Both the position numbers and the translations under genes were made by a program. From contig OZ037765.1 of assembly GCA_964035545.1 (NCBI GenBank), positions 35,576,108-35,640,107 of the forward strand: a stretch of 64,000 nucleotides of DNA. The letters run 5' to 3'. Below the pieces are notes generated by a model, which searched no databases, had not been told where the DNA came from, and saw only the letters and a program-made list of their open reading frames with translations. The first letter of the stretch is position 1. Each line of letters starts with the position of its first letter. Shown piece by piece: positions 38,923-62,000 of this stretch. This stretch comes from Bugula neritina. Lineage: Eukaryota; Animalia; Bryozoa.

Positions 38923-41359
38923 GGTTTCCTTTGAAAGGTAGAAACAAAGTTAAAATATTGTCCAATACCTAATATTTAGGCAACATGACACCAACTTAAG
39001 CAACATAATGATTTGCTATTGTCACACCGTAGTGGGGAGAAGTGACTAAAAAGTTGGCAGCACCATTTTAATTGTTAAACCTTGTTGTAATTGGTTTGGT
39101 TTACTATCATAGTCGATATAATCACTAAATTGATGGTTGTGATTATCATTGAATTTCTGGTGCAACTTTTGCTAAAAAAAGCTAAAATTGGAGAAATGCA
39201 CTTTCTATAATTTTGTACATATTTTACAACTGTTCAGTGTTCAGTGTAATACAAATATCTAATATCCACAGATGAGAATTAAAAAACAAGAACTTAATTG
39301 ATAATTCTCAGAGAAAATGTCTTTAGGCCTGAAAACGAGCCATAATTATTATTATATTCACTTTATCATAATGATAATGTTTCTCAAAACCACTTTACCA
39401 GTAAAAAATGAAAATAAATTTCAAAATTATTAAAATAAATATTGTTTTCATATCCAATCATTATAATTACAAATAAAATTTATATTTCTAAAGCTAAAGA
39501 GTAAAGTGAAAGTAAAAGTTAAAAGTGAATAATTATAAAATAAATTTAAATAGTAATTAAAATAATATTATTTAAAATAAATTATAAATAATTAAAATTT
39601 AAATTCTCGGGTATCATTATATTTGTAATTATATAAATATTAAGAGCAAATCATCCTGCGATATTGATAGTTATACTTATAAAAAACTAAGTTATACTAA
39701 TGCAGAGTCTAGAACTTTATTAAAAAAATCGTGAACTTAGTTTTATAACTATCAAGTTAGTCATAGCGATAGTGTTTAAACTTTAATGTTATTCTGATCT
39801 CGCAGCTTATAATTACAGGCACGAAAATTGCTATAAGCAGCCTCAAGTTCGGAGTGATCGGGTGCAGCTGTGCAAGATTCTCAAGTTTGAAGTTGGGGGT
39901 CAAAATCAGTCTTCTTTCAAACCGCAACTCTAGACTCCAAACCTATTGCACTTAGTCGCCCCAATCGGGGCTGTTTATAACGAATCTCGATAGCTCGCAA
40001 GCATGATAAAAGGAGTGCACAGGATTCGCCAAATATTTTATTAACACCAGCCCTCTAAACTTAAATTGAACGAAAATTACCTACAGCCCATTCTTACTAC
40101 CTCATTTAAATATCAGTTAAAAGTCTATAACCTTGACCTAAAAACTCGCTTACTACTGCGCGTGGCTACTTGATTCTAGGCTCAGCTGACGCAATATCTT
40201 TAAGACTCACTTTTGGTAAGAAAAATATAATAATTATAAAGTAATCATAAATGATAAAAGTTTGTGTGGAAGTTAGGTTAAATAATGCACCGGACCATTG
40301 AACGCCATGTGAAATTAATATTTGTCAATTATTATATTTATTTGATCAAAATAAAAATTCTTTTGACCTTGATCTTGATTAAAAATTAAATTTAATTAGT
40401 TATACTTATTACTATTACTATTAGGTTATTACATTTACTATTACTATTACTATTAGTATTATTATTAATATTACTATTACTGATACTGATAGTATTACTA
40501 TTACTAATACTCTAATAGTAATAGTATTACTCTTAGTATTAGGTATTAGTATTACTATTACATTTACTATTAGTATTAGTATTACTATTGTATTAGCATT
40601 AGTAATTTTATTAGTATTACTATTAATAACTGCCTAATAGTAATACTAATACTAATAGTAATACTAATACTAATAGTAATACTAATAGTAATATATTTAT
40701 AGTGTATTACTGTAATAGTAATACTAATAGTAATAACTTAAAATTAGGTACTGCTATTTGTATTAAATTTAGTGACTATCACTATGTCTATACTGATACT
40801 CTATAGTATAGTTAAATTCAAAATTGTTATTTAAAAATCGGTTAATTATTCATAATGATTACGGTTATGACTCTGAATTTCCATTACTATCAGTTTAAGT
40901 TTTGCTGTTGGTTTTGATTCTGATTTTCATTTGGATACAGATAACAATTACAAATACATCCATTTTAGAATTTTTGCTTTTAGTAAGGACGATCAGAATA
41001 ATTAGGATAATGAATAATGACAAGTTGGGTTAAACTACTGCAAAAATCCACAATCAAATCATTGACCACCTTCATTATCACAACCTCTGGACTATAATTC
41101 ACTAATGCTCGCTATAATTATACCCTATAGTTAAACTTCTCTGAGCTATCACTATGGATTATGTCTATGGGGCGACATGCACTGCGCCTAGGCTTTTATG
41201 CTCCTTTTATTCCTATTAGTGTGAGGATAGGTTAGCTGTGCATGCTGTGCTTATACTATTATGTTTCTAGTATTAGTAAAATAGTAAATCAGTTTCTTGG
41301 TAATTTATGTTGTAGATTAAGATTTGAAGTTATCAAAAGAGAGAACAAGTTAGGTGCTG

Positions 41360-51019
<9,660 letters not shown>

Positions 51020-52739
51020 CCAAACATCCCTCAGGCTGCTGTCAAGTCTATCATCACCAACTATTAGTTATCACCAATATTTGATTTCATTGACTCTTTT
51101 CAACATGTTGAATGTGATTGTTAACTCAGCGTGTGTATGCTGATTTCAAGCTATCAAATAAAGTTTTTTTGACTGATTTTGTACTTTACTTCAATAGATT
51201 TACAGGGGAGAAGTTAACTTGAAACTATGCATAAAGCGTTACACTTACAGTTGAAGATGCATTCTGCAGTAGAAAGTCAACTTAATGAGTGCAGAATTAG
51301 ATTCAAATTGACATATCAATAGATACAGATCTACATGACTATTGCATCATTTATTACATTTCGTGACTCCGAACATTCAAATAGCGCAAATAGTCTGCAT
51401 TCAGGGGTCAAAGTTGAGAAAGTGTGTAGGCGGAGCAGACAATTACTTTATTAGATCTTGACAAAGGGCGCTAGGACAACTACGTCAGAGGCAGGCCAGA
51501 AGCTGATCTCATTCGATCAGCTGAATTGGCAAACAACCTCAAAAGAAACAGTATAAAAATTATTTGATTATAAAAAAGATACAATAGAACAGGTGATGCT
51601 ATGATAGAATGTACATGTACATATGCATGCATGAATTAAAACCCAGAATGTCAAGATTCCTTTACAAATTACTAAAATTTTAACAAAAATTTTATATTTG
51701 TCATTTTGAACCCTGAGAATTTTACATTATATAAATAAATAAGAGGTGAAATGGTAACAGAAATTAAAAAAATATAATTTATAAAAAATTAAAGGAATCT
51801 CCAAAATTTAAGAGTTTATGGCGACTTCTCGCGCTATCTCTTGGCTGTGTAATAGCATTTCCTCCACAAATTGCAGGTAACAAGGCTGTAACTAATTTTT
51901 GGCTAGTCAAGTATAGACTTTCATTTCTATTAGTCTAATAATTTTTTAGAGATTTCGATGTTAGACTGAGTAAAGTATGCCTCATCCCAATTATATTTCA
52001 GCACTTCATCAATTATGCCAAAAATAAAAAATAGTGGCATTTGATGTATAACGCGCAGTTATGGTCAAGAAAAGAAGCCTAAAACTACCTGCACAATTCT
52101 CTTGACAATTATATAGAGCGAATAAACGGAACCAGAGTGAGTATAATACCCGGACAGCTGTGGATGGACGCGTCGGAAATCTCCTTCAGTTATAACAGAG
52201 AAATGTTGTGTCTTCTAATCTATAAGGGAAGAACTAGGTTCCACTAGCATACAGAAAGGCAGGTCTGACAGTTGCTGTACACAGAAGGGTTTCTCAGTGC
52301 ATATAGTACTGCTTCTGATCACACAGAAGGGAGAATTGAAGCACATGGAGCACATTTTAAAGCAAGACTTACATTCTGATAGCACTGCATTAGTTCATGT
52401 AGTTATTGCTACTCACGAAGTTGTAAAATCAAAACTTAATCTGAGAATTGAATGAATTCATGCATTTCAACTAATTATGCAAAGGGTAAATCATATCTGC
52501 CGAAGCACTAGAGTTTTATGCAATAACAAAATCAATGTCAAATATTAACATTCTAAATACCTGGAAATATAACATGCAAGGCATTACTGTGAATATATGA
52601 AATATCTTATAACACCACGGATATTTAAGACAGCACAAGGAATTAAATTATTTCAAAAGAGTAGCCTCTAATTTGCACTTTAATACATGCCAACTAAAAG
52701 TAAAAGGTGCAAGAGGACTACGGTAGCCACCCACTATTC

Positions 52740-53064
52740 TTGTGACAGTATATAGCTATCATTAGCACACAAACAAAGTGGGAAAAACAAGTAGAACTAA
52801 TTTCTGCAGCTTTGCCAACAGCTCTAAGTTATCGAGCCACTCAGTGAAATTTCCATTGCTGCTGTGCTCATATTTACTTATTATGTCCGAGAGATTAACT
52901 GATGCTATTGTAATATTGCAAAATGTCGAAATAGCTTGATGTGTTGTATAATTATATAAACACCGCAAGAATTTACTACCAACTCTCTTACTGTCACTAC
53001 GCATTATTCTATCAAATCTCGAAGCGAACTGATGCACTTGATAAACAAATAGTATGTCACAACA
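52740..53064 (-). mobile_element. Decayed Ty3/gypsy-like gag fragment with a possible short LTR
   Basis: [27 protein letters not shown] resembles invertebrate gypsy gag N-termini (..F.EW.E.LELVA.LQ) and is then disrupted. Upstream, 52942-53064 is bounded by TGTTGT...ACAACA. The resemblance is from recall, not from a search. Confidence 0.45.
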
Positions 53065-53076
53065 GGTACATAGCAC

Positions 53077-56000
53077 TTTGGGGTTTGGGGTTTGGGGTTT
53101 GGGGTTTGGGGTTTGGGGTTTGGGGTTTGGGGTTTGGGGTTTGGGGTTTGGGGTTTGGGGTTTGGGGTTTGGGGTTTGGGGTTTGGGGTTTGGGGTTTGG
53201 GGTTTGGGGTTTGGGGTTTGGGGTTTGGGGTTTGGGGTTTGGGGTTTGGGGTTTGGGGTTTGGGGTTTGGGGTTTGGGGTTTGGGGTTTGGGGTTTGGGG
53301 TTTGGGGTTTGGGGTTTGGGGTTTGGGGTTTGGGGTTTGGGGTTTGGGGTTTGGGGTTTGGGGTTTGGGGTTTGGGGTTTGGGGTTTGGGGTTTGGGGTT
53401 TGGGGTTTGGGGTTTGGGGTTTGGGGTTTGGGGTTTGGGGTTTGGGGTTTGGGGTTTGGGGTTTGGGGTTTGGGGTTTGGGGTTTGGGGTTTGGGGTTTG
53501 GGGTTTGGGGTTTGGGGTTTGGGGTTTGGGGTTTGGGGTTTGGGGTTTGGGGTTTGGGGTTTGGGGTTTGGGGTTTGGGGTTTGGGGTTTGGGGTTTGGG
53601 GTTTGGGGTTTGGGGTTTGGGGTTTGGGGTTTGGGGTTTGGGGTTTGGGGTTTGGGGTTTGGGGTTTGGGGTTTGGGGTTTGGGGTTTGGGGTTTGGGGT
53701 TTGGGGTTTGGGGTTTGGGGTTTGGGGTTTGGGGTTTGGGGTTTGGGGTTTGGGGTTTGGGGTTTGGGGTTTGGGGTTTGGGGTTTGGGGTTTGGGGTTT
53801 GGGGTTTGGGGTTTGGGGTTTGGGGTTTGGGGTTTGGGGTTTGGGGTTTGGGGTTTGGGGTTTGGGGTTTGGGGTTTGGGGTTTGGGGTTTGGGGTTTGG
53901 GGTTTGGGGTTTGGGGTTTGGGGTTTGGGGTTTGGGGTTTGGGGTTTGGGGTTTGGGGTTTGGGGTTTGGGGTTTGGGGTTTGGGGTTTGGGGTTTGGGG
54001 TTTGGGGTTTGGGGTTTGGGGTTTGGGGTTTGGGGTTTGGGGTTTGGGGTTTGGGGTTTGGGGTTTGGGGTTTGGGGTTTGGGGTTTGGGGTTTGGGGTT
54101 TGGGGTTTGGGGTTTGGGGTTTGGGGTTTGGGGTTTGGGGTTTGGGGTTTGGGGTTTGGGGTTTGGGGTTTGGGGTTTGGGGTTTGGGGTTTGGGGTTTG
54201 GGGTTTGGGGTTTGGGGTTTGGGGTTTGGGGTTTGGGGTTTGGGGTTTGGGGTTTGGGGTTTGGGGTTTGGGGTTTGGGGTTTGGGGTTTGGGGTTTGGG
54301 GTTTGGGGTTTGGGGTTTGGGGTTTGGGGTTTGGGGTTTGGGGTTTGGGGTTTGGGGTTTGGGGTTTGGGGTTTGGGGTTTGGGGTTTGGGGTTTGGGGT
54401 TTGGGGTTTGGGGTTTGGGGTTTGGGGTTTGGGGTTTGGGGTTTGGGGTTTGGGGTTTGGGGTTTGGGGTTTGGGGTTTGGGGTTTGGGGTTTGGGGTTT
54501 GGGGTTTGGGGTTTGGGGTTTGGGGTTTGGGGTTTGGGGTTTGGGGTTTGGGGTTTGGGGTTTGGGGTTTGGGGTTTGGGGTTTGGGGTTTGGGGTTTGG
54601 GGTTTGGGGTTTGGGGTTTGGGGTTTGGGGTTTGGGGTTTGGGGTTTGGGGTTTGGGTTTGGGGTTTGGGGTTTGGGGTTTGGGGTTTGGGGTTTGGGGT
54701 TTGGGGTTTGGGGTTTGGGTTTGGGGTTTGGGGTTTGGGGTTTGGGTTTGGGGTTTGGGGTTTGGGGTTTGGGGTTTGGGGTTTGGGGTTTGGGGTTTGG
54801 GGTTTGGGGTTTGGGGTTTGGGGTTTGGGGTTTGGGGTTTGGGGTTTGGGGTTTGGGGTTTTGGGGTTTGGGGTTTGGGGTTTGGGGTTTGGGTTTGGGG
54901 TTTGGGGTTTGGGGTTTGGGGTTTGGGTTTGGGGTTTGGGGTTTGGGGTTTGGGGTTTGGGGTTTGGGGTTTGGGGTTTGGGGTTTGGGGTTTGGGGTTT
55001 GGGGTTTGGGGTTTGGGGTTTGGGGTTTGGGGTTTGGGGTTTGGGTTTGGGGTTTGGGGTTTGGGGTTTGGGGTTTGGGGTTTGGGGTTTGGGGTTTGGG
55101 GTTTGGGTTTGGGGTTTGGGGTTTGGGTTTGGGGTTTGGGGTTTGGGGTTTGGGGTTTGGGTTTGGGGTTTGGGGTTTGGGGTTTGGGGTTTGGGGTTTG
55201 GGGTTTGGGGTTTGGGGTTTGGGGTTTGGGTTTGGGGTTTGGGGTTTGGGGTTTGGGTTGGGTTTGGGGTTTGGGGTTTGGGGTTTGGGGTTTGGGTTTG
55301 GGGTTTGGGTTTGGGGTTTGGGGTTTGGGGTTTGGGGTTTGGGGTTTGGGGTTTGGGGTTTGGGGTTTGGGGTTTGGGGTTTGGGGTTTGGGGTTTGGGG
55401 TTTGGGGTTTGGGGTTTGGGGTTTGGGTTTGGGGTTTGGGGTTTGGGGTTTGGGGTTTGGGGTTTGGGGTTTGGGGTTTGGGGTTTGGGGTTTGGGGTTT
55501 GGGGTTTGGGGTTTGGGGTTTGGGGTTTGGGGTTGGGGTTTGGGGTTTGGGGTTTGGGGTTTGGGGTTTGGGGTTTGGGGTTTGGGGTTTGGGGTTTGGG
55601 GTTTGGGGTTTGGGGTTTGGGGTTTGGGGTTTGGGGTTTGGGGTTTGGGGTTTGGGGGTTTGGGGTTTGGGGTTTGGGGTTGGGGTTTGGGGTTTGGGGT
55701 TTGGGGTTTGGGGTTTGGGGTTTGGGGTTTGGGGTTTGGGGTTTGGGGTTTGGGGTTTGGGGTTTGGGGTTTGGGGTTTGGGGTTTGGGGTTTGGGGTTT
55801 GGGGTTTGGGGTTTGGGGTTTGGGGTTTGGGTTTGGGGTTTGGGGTTTGGGGTTTGGGGTTTGGGGTTTGGGGTTTGGGGTTTGGGGTTTGGGGTTTGGG
55901 GTTTGGGGTTTGGGGTTTGGGGTTTGGGGTTTGGGGTTTGGGGTTTGGGGTTTGGGGTTTGGGGTTTGGGGTTTGGGGTTTGGGGTTTGGGTTTGGGGTT

Positions 56001-59000
56001 TGGGGTTTGGGGTTTGGGGTTTGGGGTTTGGGGTTTGGGGTTTGGGGTTTGGGTTTGGGGTTTGGGGTTGGGGTTTGGGGTTTGGGGTTTGGGGTTTGGG
56101 GTTTGGGGTTTGGGTTTGGGGTTTGGGGTTTGGGGTTGGGGTTTGGGTTTGGGGTTTGGGGTTTGGGGTTTGGGGTTTGGGGTTTGGGGTTTGGGGTTTG
56201 GGGTTTGGGGTTTGGGGTTTGGGGTTTGGGTTTGGGGTTTGGGGTTTGGGGTTTGGGGTTTGGGGTTTGGGGTTTGGGGTTTGGGGTTTGGGTTTGGGGT
56301 TTGGGGTTTGGGGTTTGGGGTTTGGGGTTTGGGGTTTGGGGTTTGGGGTTTGGGGTTTGGGTTTGGGGTTTGGGGTTTGGGGTTTGGGGTTTGGGGTTTG
56401 GGGTTTGGGGTTTGGGGTTTGGGGTTTGGGGTTTGGGGTTTGGGGTTTGGGGTTTGGGGTTTGGGGTTTGGGGTTTGGGGTTTGGGGTTTGGGGTTTGGG
56501 GTTTGGGGTTTGGGGTTTGGGGTTTGGGGTTTGGGGTTTGGGTTTGGGGTTTGGGGTTTGGGGTTTGGGGTTGGGTTTGGGGTTTGGGGTTTGGGGTTTG
56601 GGGTTTGGGGTTTGGGGTTTGGGGTTTGGGGTTTGGGGTTTGGGGTTTGGGTTTGGGTTTGGGGTTTGGGGTTGGGGTTTGGGGTTTGGGGTTTGGGGTT
56701 TGGGGTTGGGTTGGGGTTTGGGGTTTGGGGTTTGGGGTTTGGGGTGGGGTTTGGGGTTTGGGGTTTGGGGTTTGGGGTTTGGGTTGGGGTTTGGGGTTTG
56801 GGGTTTGGGGTTTGGGTGGGGTTTGGGGTTTGGGGTTTGGGGTTTGGGGTTTGGGGTTTGGGGTTTGGGTTGGGTTTGGGGTTTGGGGTTTGGGGTTTGG
56901 GGTTTGGGGTTTGGGGTTTGGGGTTTGGGGTTTGGGGTTTGGGGTTTGGGGTTTGGGGTTGGTTGGGGTTTGGGGTTTGGGTTTGGGGTTTGGGGTTTGG
57001 GGTTTGGGGGTTTGGGGTTTGGGGTTTGGGGTTTGGGGTTTGGTGGGGTTTGGGGTTTGGGGTTTGGGGTTTGGGGTTGGGGTTTGGGGTTTGGGGTTTG
57101 GGGTTGGGGTTGGGGTTTGGGTTTGGGGTTTGGGGTTTGGGTGGGGTTTGGGGTTTGGGGTGGGGTTTGGGGTTTGGGGTTTGGGGTTTGGGGTTTGGGG
57201 TTTGGGGTTTGGGTTGGGTTTGGGGTTTGGGGTTTGGGGTTTGGGGTTTGGGGTTTGGGGTTTGGGGTTGGGGTTTGGGGTTTGGGGTGGGTTTGGGGTT
57301 TGGGGTTTGGGGTTGGGTGGTTGGGGTTTGGGGTTGGGGTTTGGGGTTTGGGGTTTGGGGTTTGGGGTTTGGGGTTTGGGGTTTGGGGTTTGGGGTTTGG
57401 GTTTGGGGTTTGGGGTTTGGGGTTTGGGGTTTGGGGTTGGGGTTTGGGGTTTGGGGGTTTGGGGTTTGGGGTTTGGGGTTTGGGGTTTGGGTTTGGGGTT
57501 TGGGGTTTGGGGTTTGGGGGTTTGGGTTGGGGTTTGGGGTTTGGGGTTTGGGGTTGGGGTTTGGGGTTGGGTTTGGGGTTTGGGGTTTGGGGTTTGGGGT
57601 TTGGGGTTTGGGGTTTGGGGTGGGTTTGGGGTTTGGGGTTTGGGGTGTGGGGTTTGGGGTTTGGGTTTGGGGTTGGGGTTTGGGGTTTGGGGTTTGGGGT
57701 TTGGGGTTGGGGTTTGGGGTTTGGGGTTTGGGGTTTGGGGTTTGGGGTGGGGTTGGGGTTGGGGTTTGGGGTTGGGGTGGGGTTTGGGGTTTGGGTGGGG
57801 TTTGGGGTTTGGGGTTTGGGGTTTGGGGTTTGGGGTTGGGGTTTGGGGTTGGGGTTGGGGTTTGGGTTTGGGGTTTGGGGTTTGGGGTTTGGGTTTGGGT
57901 TGGGGTTTGGGGTTTGGGGTTTGGGGTTTGGGGTTTGGGGTTTGGGGTTTGGGGTTTGGGGTTTGGGGTTTGGGGTTTGGGGTTTGGGGTTTGGGGTGGG
58001 TTTGGGGTTTGGGGTTTGGGGTTTGGGGTTTGGGGTTTGGGGTTTGGGGTTTGGGGTTTGGGGTTTGGGGGTTTGGGGTTTGGGGTTTGGGGTTTGGGGT
58101 TTGGGGTTTGGGGTTGGGGTTTGGGGTTGGGTGGGGGTTGGGTTTGGGGTTTGGGGTTTGGGGTTTGGGGTTTGGGGTTTGGGGTTTGGGGTTTGGGTGG
58201 GTTTGGGGTTTGGGGTTTGGGGTTTGGGGTTTGGGGTTTGGGGTTTGGGGTTTGGGGTTTGGGGGTTGGGGTTTGGGGTTTGGGGTTTGGGGTTTGGGGT
58301 GGGGGGTTTGGGGTTTGGGTTTGGGGTTTGGGGTTTGGGGTTTGGGGTTTGGGGTTTGGGGTTTGGGGTTTGGGGTTGGGGTTTGGGGTTTGGGGTTTGG
58401 GGTTGGGGTTGGGGTTTGGGGTTGGGTTGGGGTTTGGGGTTGGGTTTGGGGTTTGGGTTTGGGGGTTTGGGGTTTGGGGTTTGGGGTTTGGGGTTTGGGG
58501 TTTGGGGTTTGGGGTTTGGGGTTTGGGGTTTGGGGTTTGGGGTTTGGGTTTGGGGTTTGGGGTTTGGGGTTGGGGTTTGGGGTTTGGGGTTTGGGGTTTG
58601 GGGTTTGGGGTTTGGGGTTTGGGGTTTGGGGTTTGGGGTTTGGGGTTTGGGGTTTGGGGTTTGGGGTTTGGGGTTTGGGGTTTGGGGTTGGGGTTTGGGG
58701 TTTGGGGTTTGGGGTTTGGGGTTGGGTGTTGGGGTTTGGGGTTGGGGTTTGGGGTTTGGGGTTTGGGGTTTGGGGTTTGGGGTTGGGGTTTGGGGTTTGG
58801 GGTTTGGGGTTTGGGGTTTGGGGTTTGGGGTTTGGGGTTTGGGGTTTGGGGGTTTGGGGTTTGGGGTTTGGGGTTTGGGGTTTGGGTTTGGGGTTGGGGT
58901 TTGGGGTTTGGGGTTTGGGGTTTGGGGTTTGGGGTTTGGGGTTTGGGGTTTGGGGTTTGGGGTTGGGGTTTGGGGTTTGGGGTTTGGGGTTTGGGGTTGG

Positions 59001-62000
59001 GGTTTGGGGTTTGGGTTTGGGGTTTGGGGTTTGGGGTTTGGGGTTTGGGGGTTGGGGTTTGGGGTTTGGGGTTTGGGGTTGGGGTTTGGGGTTGGGGTTT
59101 GGGGTTTGGGGTTGGGTTTGGGGTTTGGGGTTTGGGGTTTGGGGTTTGGGGTTTGGGGTTTGGGGTTTGGGGTTTGGGGTTTGGGGTTGGGGTTTGGGGT
59201 TTGGGGTTTGGGGTTTGGGGTTTGGGGTTTGGGGTTTGGGGTTTGGGGTTTGGGGTTGGGGTTTGGGGTTTGGGGTTGGGGTTTGGGGTTTGGGGTTTGG
59301 GGTTGGGGTTTGGGGTTTGGGGTTTGGGGTTTGGGGTTTGGGGTTTGGGGTTTGGGGTTTGGGGTTTGGGTTTGGGGGGGGGTTTGGGGTTTGGGGTTTG
59401 GGGTTTGGGGTTGGGGTTTGGGGTTTGGGGTTGGGGTTTGGGGTTTGGGGTTTGGGGTTTGGGGTTTGGGGTTTGGGGTTTGGGGTTTGGGGTTTGGGGT
59501 TGGGGTTTGGGGTTGGGGTTTGGGGTTGGGGTTTGGGTTTGGGGTTTGGGGTTTGGGGTTTGGGGTTTGGGGTTGGGGTTTGGGGTTTGGGGTTTGGGGT
59601 TTGGGGTTTGGGGTTTGGGGTTTGGGGTTTGGGGTTTGGGGTTTGGGGTTTGGGGTTGGGGTTTGGGGTTTGGGGTTTGGGGTTTGGGGTTTGGGGTTTG
59701 GGTTTGGGGTTTGGGTTTGGGGTTTGGGGTTTGGGTTTGGGGTTTGGGGTTGGGGTTTGGGGTTTGGGGTTTGGGGTTTGGGGTTTGGGGTTTGGGGTTT
59801 GGGGTTTGGGGTTTGGGGTTTGGGGTTTGGGGTTTGGGGTTTGGGGTTTGGGGTTTGGGGTTTGGGGTTTGGGTTTGGGGGGTTTGGGGTTTGGGGTTTG
59901 GGGTTTGGGGTTTGGGGTTTGGGGTTTGGGGTTGGGTTGGGGTTTGGGGTTTGGGGTTTGGGGTTTGGGGTTTGGGGTTTGGGGTTTGGGGTTTGGGGTT
60001 TGGGGTTTGGGGTTTGGGGTTTGGGGTTTGGGGTTTGGGTTTGGGGTTTGGGGTTTGGGTTTGGGGTTTGGGGTTTGGGTTTGGGTTTGGGGTTTGGGGT
60101 TTGGGGTTTTGGGGTTTGGGGTTTGGGGTTTGGGGTTTGGGTTTGGGGTTTGGGGTTTGGGTTTGGGGTTTGGGGTTTGGGGTTTGGGGTTTGGGGTTTG
60201 GGGTTTGGGGTTTGGGGTTTGGGGTTTGGGGTTTGGGGTTTGGGGTTTGGGTTTGGGGTTTGGGGTTTGGGGTTTGGGGTTTGGGGTTTGGGGTTTGGGG
60301 TTTGGGGTTTGGGGTTTGGGGTTTGGGGTTTGGGGTTTGGGGTTTGGGGTTTGGGGTTTGGGGTTTGGGTTTGGGGTTTGGGGTTTGGGGTTTGGGGTTT
60401 GGGGTTTGGGGTTTGGGGTTTGGGGTTTGGGGTTTGGGGTTTGGGGTTTGGGGTTTGGGGTTTGGGGTTTGGGGTTTGGGGTTGGGGTTTGGGGTTTGGG
60501 GTTTGGGGTTTGGGGTTGGGGTTTGGGTTTGGGTTTGGGGTTTGGGGTTTGGGGTTTGGGGTTTGGGGTTTGGGGTTTGGGGTTTGGGGTTTGGGGTTTG
60601 GGGTTTGGGGTTTGGGGTTTGGGGTTTGGGGTTTGGGGTTTGGGGTTTGGGGTTTGGGGTTTGGGGTTTGGGGTTTGGGTTTGGGTTTGGGGTTTGGGGT
60701 TTGGGGTTTGGGGTTTGGGGTTTGGGGTTTGGGGTTTGGGGTTTGGGGTTTGGGGTTTGGGGTTTGGGGTTTGGGTTTGGGGTTTGGGGTTTGGGGTTTG
60801 GGGTTTGGGGTTTGGGGTTTGGGGTTTGGGGTTTGGGGTTTGGGGTTTGGGGTTTGGGGTTTGGGGTTTGGGGTTTGGGGTTTGGGGTTTGGGGTTTGGG
60901 GTTTGGGGTTTGGGGTTTGGGGTTTGGGGTTTGGGGTTTGGGTTTGGGGTTTGGGGTTTGGGGTTTGGGGTTTGGGGTTTGGGGTTTGGGGTTTGGGGTT
61001 TGGGGTTTGGGGTTTGGGGTTTGGGGTTTGGGGTTTGGGGTTTGGGGTTGGGGTTTGGGGTTTGGGGTTTGGGGTTTGGGGTTTGGGGTTTGGGGTTTGG
61101 GTTTGGGTTTGGGGTTTGGGGTTTGGGGTTTGGGGTTTGGGGTTTGGGGTTTGGGGTTTGGGGTTTGGGTTTGGGGTTTGGGGTTTGGGGTTTGGGGTTT
61201 GGGGTTTGGGGTTTGGGGTTTGGGGTTTGGGGTTTGGGGTTTGGGGTTTGGGGTTTGGGGTTTGGGGTTTGGGGTTTGGGGTTTGGGGTTTGGGGTTTGG
61301 GTTTGGGGTTTGGGGTTTGGGGTTTGGGGTTTGGGGTTTGGGGTTTGGGTTTGGGGTTTGGGGTTGGGGTTTGGGGTGGGGTTTGGGGTTGGGGTTTGGG
61401 GTTTGGGGTTTGGGGTTTGGGGTTTGGGGTTTGGGGTTTGGGGTTTGGGGTTTGGGTTTGGGGGTTTGGGGTTTGGGGTTTGGGGGTTTGGGGTTTGGGG
61501 TTGGGGTTTGGGGTTTGGGGTTTGGGGGTTTGGGGGTTGGGGTTGGGGTTTGGGGTTTGGGGTTTGGGGTTTGGGTTTGGGGTTTGGGGTTGGGGTTTGG
61601 GGGTTTGGGGTTGGGGTTTGGGGTTGGGGTTTGGGTTTGGGGTTTGGGGTTTGGGGTTTGGGGTTTGGGGTTTGGGGTTGGGGTTGGGTTTGGGGTTTGG
61701 GGTTTGGGGTTTGGGGTTTGGGGTTTGGGGTTTGGGGTTTGGGGTTTGGGGTTTGGGGTTTGGGGTTTGGGGTTTGGGGTTTGGGGTTTGGGGTTGGGGG
61801 TTTGGGGTTGGGGTTTGGGGTTTGGGGTTTGGGGTTTGGGGTTGGGGGTTTGGGGTTGGGGTTTGGGGTGTGGGGTTTGGGGTTGGGGGTTTGGGGTTTG
61901 GGGTTTGGGGTTGGGGTTTGGGGTTTGGGGTTTGGGGTTTGGGGGTTGGGGTTTGGGGTTTGGGGTGTGGGGTTTGGGGTTTGGGGTTTGGGGTTTGGGG

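Noticed and set aside
38940-41350. Possible TERF2IP/RAP1 head-to-head with KARS1, as in vertebrates
   Set aside because: No such ORF was seen. The divergent neighbour is C19orf53 and the interval is AT-rich, probably UTR introns and promoter.
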